Shown here: one piece after another, positions 24,181-38,385 of the stretch
Layout of the letters: each line of letters opens with the position of its first letter
How positions within the stretch are numbered: the stretch's first letter is position 1
Assembly (NCBI RefSeq): GCF_009914755.1
Contig: NC_060932.1
DNA length: 64,000 bases
DNA from: the human T2T-CHM13v2.0 reference genome, Homo sapiens
Strand: one strand, 5' to 3'
The notes under the pieces: model-generated
Databases searched by the model: none
What the model was told of the DNA's origin: nothing
The model's input: the letters and a program-made list of their open reading frames with translations, nothing else
Position numbers and translations under genes: made by a program

Positions 24181-25509
24181 ATACTGATAGTTAATGTCTT
24201 ACCCGTTCGCCCTGGGGATTTCATCCACTCCAGCCACTATTTAGCCACCTTGTAACTCACTCCTGGAATGTAGACTTCCCCATGGTCCAGCAACTAAAGG
24301 GCTAATAAGGGGCTCACAGCAGTAGGACTCCAGGTCCCACCCCTACAGCAACTAGGCCTAGGCCAGCCCTCAGCTCCAGTGGGCCCACGCCCAAGCCAAT
24401 GTCTCCCTGGGCACACAAACAGATGGAACATGCTCTCTGACCTTTAATTGCCAATATTCTTGGAGGGGAAACAAATATACAATTGCCAAACGATGTGCTT
24501 TAAATATTTGTACAGTTCTATTATCTATCTCTCTGTCTATGCATCTATCAGTCAATCATCTATCTGAAGAGAATGAGAAAAAGACGAGAAAAATTACATT
24601 TAAAACATATAACCATCTTAGAAAGTTAATGATAAATGACACTGTTTTGTTTCTATCTATAGGCATAATTAAAAATAGATGTTCTCAACAACACCACATG
24701 GATATTTTTAAAATAAATAATAAAATATCACTCAGCTCTTTTTCAATACAGTAAAACACAGTTTTAGCCTATCTACTTACATTCAGGTAACATATATTCA
24801 CAATTAAATTATGTCTTCTCAAATTGGTACATGCTAGATATTACAAAATGAAGGCACCTTGAGCTCAGACACAGGTTCATTCATTTTAGCTTTCTTAAGG
24901 AGCCCATTCTCCATCTTTGGAAGATGCTACCCAAATTACTGAATTGAATTAGCTTATAAATTGTTAAGTCCTTGGACAGCAGTGATATATAAAGATTCGT
25001 TCTCGATATTTTTGGTACTCAAACTAAATGTAAAGTGTCCAAGATATCTGCTATTTCTAATACTTTGACAATAAATCACATGTATTTACAGAACAGGATT
25101 TTACTACAAAACTTGTGTTAACCAAAGATAAAACAACATTAACCATTAATAATTTTTTTCATTACACTGTCCTGTTATGAAAAAAATATATTTTAAAAAT
25201 CAGCTGGTTTCAGGCATTAAGGACAAAATAAAATTCCTAAGGACCCAAAGATCGGGAGAGTTTCAGACTCAACTGCTGCAGCATGAATTCCATCGTTACA
25301 GTTAGAATTGCTACTTAACAGGTAGTTAAATCCCAATTAATCTTAAGATTTAATTAGTTTTTGAGTAGAGCAGGAATGCAGGATTTTTCCCTTCATCTGC
25401 CATTAACTAGGATATTAATGTAACCTAGAACTTTTATTCTCTGATGTTCTGGATGTTCAAGGTTTAATATCTTATTATCAAAATATGCAGTACATTTATG
25501 TAAAATTTA

Positions 25510-25690
25510 AGAATCTAAGCATTTTCACACATATCATCTAACTCTATTTAAATCTCATAATTACAATTACCTTACGATATAGGTTTTGTTAGTACTGTTT
25601 TACAGATGGAATCAACAAAAGCCCAGGAATATTAGTGGGCTTGCCAATGTCTTAAGAACTAGAACTGGAATCCAAGTCTGCTGATTTTTC
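25510..25690 (-). mobile_element. MIR
   Basis: actgttttacagatggaatcaacaaaagcccag...ggaatccaagtctgctga. Confidence 0.65.
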
Positions 25691-26097
25691 ATGACTTTGG
25701 GGGTGAGCGGGAGATCACATTTGTTGCAGTTACCACACAAGAGCAAATGTCACTTTACGTAATTTTTTTTTTACCAAATTTCTCCAAGGTTAAAATTTTT
25801 ATGAAGGCCTTCTTTTAGGAATGTATACAAAAACTCTCCTAAACATTTTATCTACTATAGGAATAAATAGATAATAAGCAATGAGCTATTATTTAATGCA
25901 ATAAGAGCACAGAAATACCTTATTTTTACATTTATAAGATTCTGGATTATTTTGTAGGTCACTTCAGGAAGCTTTCTGCAATACCAGCCAACTGTTCACA
26001 ATGTGTTTAAACCACACAACTCTATCACAAGTCTTCCTAAATACAGAAAATACAATTGTATCTTCCATCAGTCAGCAGTCAAAAATCAGCATAATTA

Positions 26098-26241
26098 GGC
26101 TGGGTGTGGTGGCTCACGCCTGTAGTTCCAGTTACTCGGAAGGTTGAGGCAGGAGAATCGCTTGACCTGGGAGGCGGAGGTTGCAGTGAGCCGAGATCGT
26201 GCCGCTGCACTACAACCTGGGCAACAGTGAGACTCTGTCTC

Positions 26242-26277
<36 letters not shown>

Positions 26278-26283
26278 GAAAAA
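26098..26283 (+). mobile_element. Monomeric AluS-type element with A/(GAAAA)n tail
   Basis: A left-arm start (ggctgggtgtggtggctcacgcc) runs directly into an AluS right arm (gcaggagaatcgcttga...ggaggttgcagtgagccgagatc). Target-site duplication atcagcataatt at 26085-26096 and 26287-26298. Confidence 0.92.
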
Positions 26284-26671
26284 TATATCAGCATAATTTT
26301 GCATCATTAGAGGAAATGAAACAACAACCAGGTCCTGATAGAATGTTTAGGAGCCCCAAATGAATGCTTATAATAACTCAAAGGAGGAGCTTTTCTTTTT
26401 ATTCAGAAATATTACACTGGCCAAGATGTTGGTAGAAAGGTAATTCACTCAGTTCCACTAACACTTAGTGAGCAACTATAGTACAGTGGACATTGTGTCC
26501 CAGAGGCTCAAAGATGAAGTAGAAAACAGATCTAAACATTTGTTTAGTACCTCAAAGCCCTATGCTAAAAAAGCTAATTTTTGTTGTTATTCAAACTTTT
26601 GTGTATAGTGTGATTTCCCAATATTGGGTGTAGAAAAATGTCACCGATTATTGATATGACTTCAATGATTT

Positions 26672-26984
<313 letters not shown>

Positions 26985-27218
26985 TAATATTAAAATCTTG
27001 GTTACACTTTCTACAAAAGAATTCTTTTTACCTCTAACACTTCAATATTTTAATAATTAATGAAATGGACAATTTTTTTTTTTTTAGTTTTTAAAAGGAA
27101 AACACATTAGCTGTTTGACAATTTCCTGAGATTTTTTTGGACAGGTATTTTTAAAGTTTTATTCCTTTTTTTTCCAAATTTTCTAGTTCTTTGAAAACAA
27201 TAACAAATATCATTAAGG

Positions 27219-27276
27219 GTGTGTGTGTGTGTATGTGCATGTGTGTGCGTGTATGCGTATGTGTGTGTGTGTATGT
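27219..27276. repeat. Degenerate (TG)n microsatellite
   Basis: Seen directly. Confidence 0.9.
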
Positions 27277-28702
27277 TTGTAGCATATAATTCAGTGGTTG
27301 TAATTCCAAAGTGAGTGAGATCATGTCCTGTTTTTCTCCTGGCCTAGAGGTGCCTTTCATAGCCTTTCATTTCCATATTGACTCTACTGCAGACCTAGCT
27401 GCAGGTTCAATCAGTGAAATAAAATTACATTACAATTATTTCTACTTAAGAAATATGACAGCTAGAATTTTTATGTTAATTAATCTTTTTTTAATTATTG
27501 TGTGACTATGTGTCATAAATTTTCTTGTAATCCAGTTTTGGTACATACTATAAATTATTTTCATTTATTCCAGCATTAACCTGACTTGCAAATGGTTAAA
27601 TGTGCACTGAGTCTTTCATGCTCTAAATCCTGGTATGCTCTATATTAACATCAGAAGAAATGGTTTTGATAATCAGAAATAATTGTACTAGCAGGAATAA
27701 ACCACAATTCACTGAATTCATGGTCAGATTATATTTTTGTTATCATGTTAGATTCTACGTAAGTAAATTAGTACATATTAAACATGATGCACAGTAATTC
27801 ACAAACATACTGATATTTTCCTCAGACTCGGACTAAAGAACAAACAGGTCGCTGCCATTCTTGTTGTGCATCCCACAGCCAAATGAGGAAGCTCCTGCTT
27901 CCTCACCTGCATACCCAGTTAAGCACCATCTGTTTCCTGTTTTAATGTGATATCTCACATAGTTTTTCCAAAGCTTTCACATCAGTAAACACAATCCTAA
28001 TAGACAGTTAATATGAATTAAGAAGCATGTTTTCACTAAAGCTGTGTTCTACCTTTCTCTCTTATTTTCTAAAATGTGTAACACTATGCTGGCAGCTCCA
28101 AACCCATTTCCATAGCATGAAATTCCCAAGATTCATACAGGTCATTTTGAGTGTATTGATGAGATGCTATATTCAGATGCTGGGTGATGGGTAGCATAGA
28201 GGCATATGTGCCTAATAAGGAATTTAGCATTTTAATTTTGTGTGGAAGGAACTATCTGTTATCTCATCTTGCCAGCTTTTCTAATAGTTTAATTCTTCCT
28301 GGCACTCCCATCCCAGTCTCTTACCATATGGAATTATCAAAATTTTGAGTATCTGAGCAACCAGGTCAATAGTACATTTACTTTCTGCACCCTTTTTACT
28401 GGTTGTTACTGTTTTCATTCTTGACCTGACTGGCTGAAGCCAAATCAATCAGGTAATACAGACTTCGCTTTCCTATAGTTCCAGAGAACAAATCTGTTTT
28501 CTATTGGAAAACTGTTTTGGGTCCTATGAAATAAATCAACAAAATGTTGTGCAAAAGACTCTCAGCTTTACTTGGATTCCAAACATCTTCTTGCCTTCCA
28601 TTCTCAGAAGGATATGCTATTGATGTTTTTTTATTGAGTTTCCTTAGCCAAAAAGTCCACCAGTTAAATCATGAATGTCAAACATGTTGTTATTATGGAG
28701 GA

Positions 28703-28888
28703 AGTGTAGTTCTCAAACTTCAGCGCTAAAAGCACCCAAAATGTTTGTTAAAACACAGAATGTTGGGTCCTATCCCCAGAGTTTCTGATTCAGTAGTTCT
28801 ATTATGCAGCCCAATAATTTGTATTTGTAACAAGTTACCAGGGAATGCTGATGCTACTGGTTCCAGGACCACACATTGAGAACCGCTA
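28703..28888. mobile_element. MER5A (hAT-Charlie MITE)
   Basis: gtagttctcaaactt...tgttaaaacacaga...ccccagagtttctgattcagtag...ggaccacacattgagaaccgct. Confidence 0.9.
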
Positions 28889-28889
28889 G

Positions 28890-29125
28890 TGATTATGTAG
28901 AGCTTGGAGGATGGAGCTGGATTTACCTGTCCTTTAGTCCTGGCTCTGTCCCTTAACAGCTGTGTGACCTTGGGAAAGTTATTAACCTCTCAAAACCTCA
29001 GTTTGCTCAGCTGTAAAATGAAGGTAATACCCAACTCATAGGGTTGTGGTGAGATTAAATAAGATGATGCATGCAAAATGCTAAGCCCAGTGCCTGACAA
29101 AAATAGCTATTCAATAAACGTCAGC
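28890..29125 (+). mobile_element. MIRb, near full length
   Basis: agctgtgtgaccttgggaaagttattaacctct...cctcagtttgctcagctgtaaaatg...agggttgtggtgagattaaat...tcaataaacg. Confidence 0.92.
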
Positions 29126-29759
29126 ATCTTGCTCTTGATCTGTTTAGGAAACAGAATGCAATGTGGGCCATTTCTGTATTTCTATATTACATTCTACTGC
29201 GATCTAAGGGAGGGAGAGAAAGCACAGACAAGTAATGCAAGAATATATAAAAATAGACTCTCCAAGAGTTAAAACAAGTTATTCCTTTGAGAACATGTGG
29301 CTCAAAAAGTAGTTGTTTTGTATCCTTGCCACTGGAATCCCATCCCAGGATTTTTTTTCCATACCCAATATTAGATTTTATGTTGATTTTACTCTGCTGC
29401 TTGGTTTTGGAAATCTCTAGACATGAATTAATGTGTGTTTATTAAATCCAAACCATCTTCAGATTCACTCAGTAAATTATATTAGTTGCAAATTTGAAAA
29501 TATAAAAATAATGAGTGTTCATATATATACACTATTGTAGTAGTATTGATATTAATTTATACCAGTAATTTTTTCTCAATAACATCGAAACTCTTCATTA
29601 GCATGAATATTCAAAATTTCTGTGTCATTCTAAAATAAACTTGTGGGACTAGAAGAAATCTTTATTTTTTGATTGACAGAAGAAATCTTATTGATTGATT
29701 TTCTAATATAAACTCTGAATAAGTCACATGCCTCATAAAAACACAGATGCTTTTACCAA

Positions 29760-29951
29760 AGTGCTTGTAACTAAAACATGTCTTATTTTCCATTACCAAA
29801 TCCATTTTAATGAGAACAAGCATTTTCATCCCCATTTTGCAGGTGAGGCCACTGAGGTATAATGTAAATGTTGTGTCAGATGATACAAATAATTAGAGCA
29901 AAAGATAGAAGTGAAACCAAAATTTCTTAAATCCAAGCAAATTTTCCACTA
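29760..29951 (-). mobile_element. MIR
   Basis: Core catccccattttgcaggtgaggccactgagg. Confidence 0.75.
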
Positions 29952-30043
29952 GAATTATTATTTCTTGTGTATCAAACTATTCGTTCAGTCACTTACCCAC
30001 CATTTTCACCGAGTGCCCCACTATGTGCCAGCACAGGCATCAG

Positions 30044-30237
30044 ATGTAATGCTAGCATCCCATTCATGTGACATCAAGAATTATTTATTCAAGCAAGTCA
30101 TTTTTATTTTTCACTAGTTATTTGTGTAATGGTTGATTTTATGCAATGCTGGCATCCCATTGGTTTGAAATCAAGAATTATTTCTTCAAGCGAGTCATTT
30201 TCATTTTTCATTAGTTATTTGTGTAATGGTTGATTTT
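30044..30237. repeat. 97-bp tandem duplication (2 copies, about 10 mismatches)
   Basis: 30044-30140 and 30141-30237 align without gaps. Confidence 0.95.
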
Positions 30238-30917
30238 AGGTGTCAACTTGGCTGGATTAAGGGATACTCAGATAGCTGGTAAAGCATTATTGCTGGGTAT
30301 ATCTGTGAGATATTATTTCCAGAAGAGACTGGCATTTGAATCAGTGAACGGAGTAGGGAAAATCCATCCTCACCCAGTGTGGGCAGGCACCATCCATTTG
30401 CCTGAGGTCCCAGATAGAACCCCGCAAAAGCAGAGGAAAGGCAATTTTGTTTTCAAATTTGTGCTCGCTTTCTGTCTGTCTCTCTCTCCCCTCTCTCTCT
30501 TCTCTCTCTCTTTCTCTCTCCCTCTCTCCCTCTCCCTGTTTCTCTGTCTCTTGGAACTACTGGGATGCCCTTCTTCTCCTGCCCTTGAATATCTCAACTC
30601 CAGGTTCTCCAGCCTTTGTATTCTGGCGATTGCACTAGTGGCCCTCTGAGTTCTGAGGCCTTCTGCCTGGGACTTACAATTATACCATTTGCTCCCCTGG
30701 TTCTGAGGCCTTTAGACTCAATCATTGGACTGAATCATGCTGCCAGAATCCCAGAGTTTCCAGCTTGCAGATGGCCTGTCCTGGAACTTCTCCTTCTCCC
30801 TAATCACACGAGCCATTTCCCCTAATAAATTCCCTTTCATATATCTATATCTACTATCTATTAATTTATCTATATGTCTGTCTCATTGGTTCCGTTTTTC
30901 TGGAGAATCCTAACACA
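30222..30917 (+). mobile_element. MLT2B-like ERVL solo LTR with an internal (CT)n tract (~30471-30550)
   Basis: Starts tgtaatggttgattttaggtgtcaacttggctggattaagggatac and ends cctaataaattccc...ctggagaatcctaacaca. Confidence 0.92.
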
Positions 30918-31131
30918 CATAATATGTATCACGTATAACCTGTGCTTCCAAGTTAAACTTTGCAACCATAACTGAAACTAGAATCACCTCCAAAAATAAA
31001 ATCTACTGAAAACCCTACTTCGAAATCTATTGTATGACCCTTCCTGAAAATAAACTGAATGTTTATTTCATCAAAGCCTATACCCTAAAGTAAGAATATT
31101 TGCAAATTTAAGACTTAAAGTGAGTCTTCCA

Positions 31132-31469
<338 letters not shown>

Positions 31470-31734
31470 TTATTTCTTGAATTTTAAAATGTTGGCACTG
31501 GGCTTGCTAATCGCTGAGATTCCTTACATTTCTAATATTTCGTTCTGGGATTCTAAAATATTTAGGAAATAAATATGTATTGTGTTGGTGTGCCACATAT
31601 TTTGACCTCAGTAAATGTTCATATTTATTATAAGCTTTGTATTTCATAATTTTTCTTTTTAGAAAATTATTTTCAAAGGAATTGATACCACAATCTCCAT
31701 AGCACTAAAATTCCAATATGGAGCTCTTATTTTG

Positions 31735-32179
31735 AGAATGTCATATAAACTGTCACATGGTATGATACCTTTCATGTCTGGCTTCTTTTACTTAGCAAAA
31801 TAATTTTGATATTCATTCATATTGTTGCAGTATTAGTAATTTGTTGCTTTTTATTGCTGAGTAGTATTCTATTGTATGGCTGTTCATAATATTCACCATA
31901 TTTTATCCAAATATGGAATATTTTATATGTGCCCAAATATTCATCATATTTTGTCTAAATATGATGGACATATGGGTTGTTTCCAGTTTGAGACTATTGT
32001 GAAAATGCTTCTATGAATATTTGCATAGACATCTTTGTGTGGACATACGTTTTCTTTTGTCAGTAGTAAACATCTAGGAGTAGAATTATTGGGTCATATG
32101 GTAAGTAAATGTTTAACTTTAAAAGGGATTTTTCTGAAGTAGCTGTATCATTTGTATTCCCACCAGCAATAGATGAGAG
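31735..32179 (-). mobile_element. L1MB/L1ME 3' fragment
   Basis: tgtctggcttcttttacttagc...tttattgctgagtagtattctattgtatgg...cattttgtattcccaccagcaat-like motifs. Confidence 0.85.
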
Positions 32180-32686
32180 ATAAGAATAAGGAACACTATT
32201 TGATGTTATCACATTGTATTTCTATTCATATAATCATATATATTTATCAGATATTTAATCATATTGAATATCAATAGATAGCATTCATCATATTATCAAA
32301 CCATAGGAATATATTCTATATTATTTACTTTATGCAAAATGTTGTGATTCATTTTTAGTTGTCCTTTCCTTTGCCTACCTGTAGAGGTATTTTTTTCTAA
32401 TTATCACTCTGCCCTCACAACCAGAGTACATGTTTGTAGTAACAAAATATCTTGCTACCACAATGAGCTAAAGGTAAAGTATGATTGAAAAAATGTTTTC
32501 TATGTCAAGGATGGCAGAAAAAGAGTGGACCAAGGAAGTTTATACCAAACAGCCAGTAGAAAGAAGAATGGGAATGTCTCTTTCCTAAAGTCACAAAGTG
32601 TGTGATGTGGAGAGCACAGTGTCCTGGCCAAGGTTGGGCCAGAGTCCTCTACATTAATGAGTCATCAGAACTAGAGGACTGAAGTG

Positions 32687-32990
32687 GGCTGGGAGCAGTG
32701 GCTCACGCCTGTAATCCCAGCACTTTGGGAAGCCAAGGCAGGCAGATCATTTGAGGTCAGGATTTCAAGACTGGCCTGGCCAACATGGTGAAACCCTGTC
32801 TCTACTAAAAATACAAAAATTACCTAGGTGTGGTGGTGGTGCGCGCCTGTAGTCCCAGCTACTCAGGAAGCTGAGTCATGAGAATTGCTTAAACCCAGGA
32901 GACGGAGGTTGCAGTGAGCTGAGATCGTGCCAGTGCACTCCAGCTTTGGTGACAGAGTGAGATCTTGTCTCCAAAAAAAAAGAAAAAAAA
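32687..32990 (+). mobile_element. AluSz/Sx
   Basis: Full dimer with gatcatttgaggtcagg and ctggccaacatggtg, plus an A tail. Confidence 0.95.
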
Positions 32991-35809
32991 GGCCTTAATT
33001 GAAAATTAGAAACCAGCTTTTAAGGTGAAGCAGGAGTTAAAGAGCCAGAGGGCAATGATGACAAGGAGTATTGGGAGTGGGTGCATAGAATGGCAAAGGC
33101 TGGGCAAATTCTGGAAATAAAAGAGGCTGACACCCTCAGTTCAGTTTCTATGCATTCTTTGCATGCATGTGATGGTAAGTCTAGGTGATTCAAAGAGGGC
33201 AGGTGGACACTTGAAGACAATAGGTATTTCCAACATTTAAAGACATAAGAGCATATTTCCCACTCAAAGGTATATTATATGTATTAATTTAGCTCACAAT
33301 TGAGTCTAACCAACCACCTAAATCCCTATATCTACACAAATCAGGCATTTCTTATTCATCACTGTCAACCTATAAATCTCATAGAGATAAAGCCTGATGC
33401 TTTATGAAAAAATGGTTCCTATAAGAAATTTGGGTCACAGTGGTTTTTAAGAATTTGGCAATTCTAGGTTTCAGGAGATATTCCTTATTCTTGTTAAGAA
33501 TCTCCTTTTGTCAGCAATTCCTCTACTTTGTCATATATTAATTACAAAATCCAACTTCTGGATGGCTACTCTAGAAACAAGGCTGATATGCCCTGGGAAT
33601 AGAAAGCAGCAAGGATGGAAGAGGAGATGAGAGATATGTTGATGACTGTGTACTGAGAAAGCACCCCTTTGATTTCTGTAAAGTGACCACTTACCCCCCA
33701 CCTATGACTCAGATTTTTACTGTGCTCAAGGTTAGAGACAGAAGAAAACAGAGTTTTGTGACTAAACATCACTGGGCTGGTTGGATCCATCCACCTGGCT
33801 CTAATCATCCAATTCATGCACCTGTGCTTCCCTCATTTATTCCTTATGCTTGATTTAGTTTCTGTATAAGAACCTGATTTCTCTAAACTGGGGTTCTTTA
33901 CTGACACTTTTTCCAGAGGATAACAGGGAGAATAGTATAACCTCTGTGGCTGGATCCCACATACTTTCCGCCTGTGGGATCTTCATGGGCTGCCATTTTG
34001 CCTTTCTAGGCCCAGCTGACTCTCCTAAGGCCATGTTTCTCTGAAATTCTAATCCACAAGAGTCTCTGATTACTCCTCTCTGTTCTTGGGGTTTCTCAAA
34101 TAGTCTTCTCCATCCAGCTGCTGCTGCAGATGGGCTTCTATTACCTTCTATTGGTCAGTTGTAGCAGATCTGCCTATTTTTCTGGTCTCAGCCATCCCTT
34201 TCTTGTTTCAATGCCAATTAAGCCATGATACTAAGAAAAGGGAGAATGGGTATGACTGTGTCTATGTATGAAGGTGCATACGTGTTTAGGGAGGGAGAAT
34301 GGAGGCTTGAGATAAGTGAGGGAGAGGAGTGGCATAGTAGAAGATACCATTTGAGAGACAGTCAGAAAAAGACTGGGAGGAGGAAAGAGAGGAGAAGAGC
34401 CTTTGATAGTATACAGCAGATCCTCAACAAATGATAAAGCAAAACAATAAAAAGCAATAGAAAGAAGCAAAACAGACCTTAGGAAAAATAGTGGACAAAG
34501 AATTGGAAGAAATAAGGATAAAAAGAACTGGAGCCTAACAATATAGAAAACAGAGTAAGTGATGTGAATGACAGACACCAAACTATAGAGGAGGGCTCTG
34601 GAAGGCTATATTTACTAAATTAATACTTGAAATTAATTTAATTATTTTTCTGTCACCAATTTACATAATTCTGTTTCAAATGATATTTCTGTTCTTTACT
34701 AGAACATAAGCTGAATTCTGTTAGTGTTGTCGACTCTACGCACTTACAAATACCCCTTAGCTGAAGTCAAAGGAAAGAAATCATTTCTTTCTGATGTCTA
34801 ATTTATCTGCTTTTCAATATTTCTGTGAGACGGCCTGATTTTGGGAGGAGACAAAAATATATAAAATAAAACTGTTCTTTTGTTTTAAAAAAAGAAAAGT
34901 AATGACATTTTCTACTTAGTTTGAAAGCTAGAAAATGTTTCACTCCACTTTTTCTTTGGGGTGATATCTTATTAAAAGAAAGAAACTACAGGGTAAAAAG
35001 AGTTGTTCTACCATGTGCCTGGTCTTAGAAACAGTTCCCGTAAGTTCTACCTACTGGAACAAAGCAGCCTTTCTAGAGGCCCAGTTCTTAACTTCAGAAC
35101 ATGCAAAGGCAAGGCCTGAAGGAACAAAGGTGACTGATGTCATGAGACATTTCCTATATCCTTTCAATCCCTGACATACATTCCAGGTAGAAAACAAATT
35201 AATTCTAGTTCGAACTTCTCCCCATTGAAAGTCCCATCTGGTGTGTATAAGTCACACTGCATCTTGCTGACTAACACATCATCTCGAATAATAAAGATCC
35301 TGGAGTAAGACTTTAGCTGCCAATTTTCTTCAAAGGTGCAAGGTAGGCAAGAAGAGAGCCCTTCCTCAGCTGAGCTATACTGGCCCCACCAAGGTGATTT
35401 TGTCAATCAGCTGCATCCTGCTAGCATTGCATGTGCCACAGGAGGGATTTCAATCTGCCATTTCTAATTACACCCCCCGACTGTGGTAATACTTAAAGAG
35501 GAGGAAGAGTGTAGTTCATTGGGAGTTTTGTTTCTAGCCCTAATGAAGCTGGAGCAAGTTGGCGACAATGGGCTATAAATTGAAGACCTTTCCCTATAAA
35601 TGATCATAGTGTCCCCATTTAGTTAGCATCTTTCAGTCAAAGATCTTCACATTATGCACAGTTCTCATCACATTTCTCTGAGGAAGGCGATGTGAAAGAG
35701 TCAAGCATATGAAAATCTGATAGTGATTCAAGAGTTGAGGTTCCTAATTGAGCCCTTAGAGGCATTTACATTTCCAAGGTTTTTTCCTGGTCCTGAAGGA
35801 AAAATGTGA

Positions 35810-36192
35810 AAAACATGGGTTAGAAACTGGAGGAAGGGTGGCAGAGAAGTTTTGCTTGGAAGCAAAAAGGAATTGGGATGAAAAGAAAGAATGGGTGTAT
35901 TCTGTGGAGGATGTTAGTGCATGCTTTCTGCTTCTCCCCCTCTCCTTTCCACCAACTGAAATGTAGATGTAATGGCAGGGACTGCAGCAGCCATCTTAAA
36001 ACACAAGGCGAAAGCCATGTGCTGACAATGGCTAAGCAACAAGAGACAGAAGCCTGTTTTTGCACAAACGTATCAGCCCTCAACTGATTATGCTCAGCTT
36101 ATTGCATGAAAGAGGAATTAACCTAATCTTGTTTAAATCAGGCTATTTGGGGGTTCCTTTGTAACAGAAACTTAATTGTCCTAAGTAATATA
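35810..36192 (+). mobile_element. MLT1J/K-like MaLR LTR
   Basis: gatgtaatggcagggactgcagcagccatctt...atcttgtttaaatca...cctaagtaatata. Confidence 0.7.
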
Positions 36193-36266
36193 AAATCTAT
36201 TCCTGGCAGACAATCATTTTTTGAGGTCCCAATTCTGCTTCTCTGAAACATGTATTTTTGTCCCAC

Positions 36267-36745
<479 letters not shown>

Positions 36746-37046
36746 CTCCAAGCCACCATGAACTTATTTTTCCTTAAATTTTCATTTATTCCAATTTTAT
36801 CTACCACAAAATTTAGCACTTGATTAATTTCCATGTTTTAAGACTTTTCAAAAGTTTTGGTTGTTTATTTATATACCCCAGAGTTTTCAGTAACAGGCAA
36901 CCAGCAGTCATGGGCCATCTTGCCTCGAAAGACCACAATTAAGGATTGTTCTCCATAAATCTCTATTTCACAGTCACCATAAAATGGAAAACAATTTCAT
37001 TTTAAAAGCCTGCTTTATATGTAGCATTGGTTGTCTTTGTTACAAT

Positions 37047-37175
37047 GCATTCACTCACTGAAGAAATTGTGAATTTATTTATTGAGCACTATTATATACT
37101 AGGCACTGTTCTAGGTGCTTAGGATTCATTTGAGAACAAAATGAAACTTTGCTGTCATGGAACTTTTTCCCCTAG
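37047..37175 (-). mobile_element. L2a-like 3' end
   Basis: atttattgagcactattatatactaggcactgttctaggtgctt. Confidence 0.8.
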
Positions 37176-38383
37176 ACAGAAACAGCTTTTTAAACTCAAC
37201 TTCTTTTATTAAAAACAGACACTTTTCAAATGAACAATTTTAAACACCAGGCAATAGGATTCAGTATCTTTGCACGCTATCAATTTCATAAATTCTACAT
37301 TTGGTTTATAAGCAGTAGGAAAGCATGATGTAAAATGTAAAGCTTTGTCTAGCCCTAAGGGCTCATCTTGTAAACGATTAAATGTATGAGTTGACAAGGA
37401 ACATCAATTAAAAATAGATGACAGACTGGCAAACACAGTAAGAGTACTTCTCACTTTGGGCCCCATCACCTGGAAAAGGTGTATTTCAGTTGGTTAATTA
37501 CAAAAAAAAAATCCCATGAATGTGGATTTAGAATGAAGACATATGTGTAACTTCTAGTTTGTCCTAATATCTACTCTCCTTTAAGAATATGGTTTAAGTC
37601 CCCTTCTAATATGCCAAACAAGGCCAACCATTATTCACTTTATTATTCTTATAAAATAACTATAAATTACATTTAAAAATAATTTCAAGAAAATTGCATA
37701 AATTAAGCTATTTTAGCATAATTTAGCTACTGCTAACACATTAATGGGTTAACCTGAAATTTTGAAACAGAGGTAAAATAATTTATCAGCAAAAAATTCT
37801 GTATTTTTAAAGAAATAAATGATAGGCAATTTTAAGCTTCCTCTGGTATTTTACAAATAAATACATCTAGAAAGATTAATAATGTAATGTTTTTAAATGA
37901 CAAAGATGTGGAAATTTTTTTATAAGCATGGTCGTTGATATGAGTAACTAAATATCAATGTCCTCTAGAAACATTTTTCCATGGAACAAATCACTTTTTT
38001 TCCGGCAGAATACTTCTTGATGCTTAATGAAAGTGTTTCCCAATAGATATCCATCTTTGAGATCAGATTTTATTTCTCTGCCTGATTTCCAAAAATACAA
38101 TCTGATTTCATGAGGATATAGGCCAATGGACCAGTAAATGACTGTTGTAGTATGTATCAAAAATGGTCACAACTTATGATGCAAAATCTGCCTCGTACTT
38201 CTTTCTTTCCATCTGAGAGTTGTAATTCCAACACCATGCCATGTACATGGATTGAGTGCAGAGATCAGCCCCAGGCAGGTTTAAATAAAACATTGACATT
38301 TTGAAAAATGATCCAAGTGTTTCCTTTTCTCACCTTCTGTGTTTTTTTTTTTTTTTCACTTTGCTATTTCAGGTAGTATCAAA

Positions 38384-38385
<2 letters not shown>

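Noticed and set aside
30044-30237. Direct repeats as a CRISPR-like array
   Set aside because: Only two adjacent copies with no spacers and no cas genes, in a primate context.
33688-33755. Minus-strand micro-exon (25-30 nt) with donor GGG|GTAAGT
   Set aside because: The acceptor is ambiguous (GAG or a downstream CAG), the exon is very short, and it borders a probable old LTR; chance is likely.
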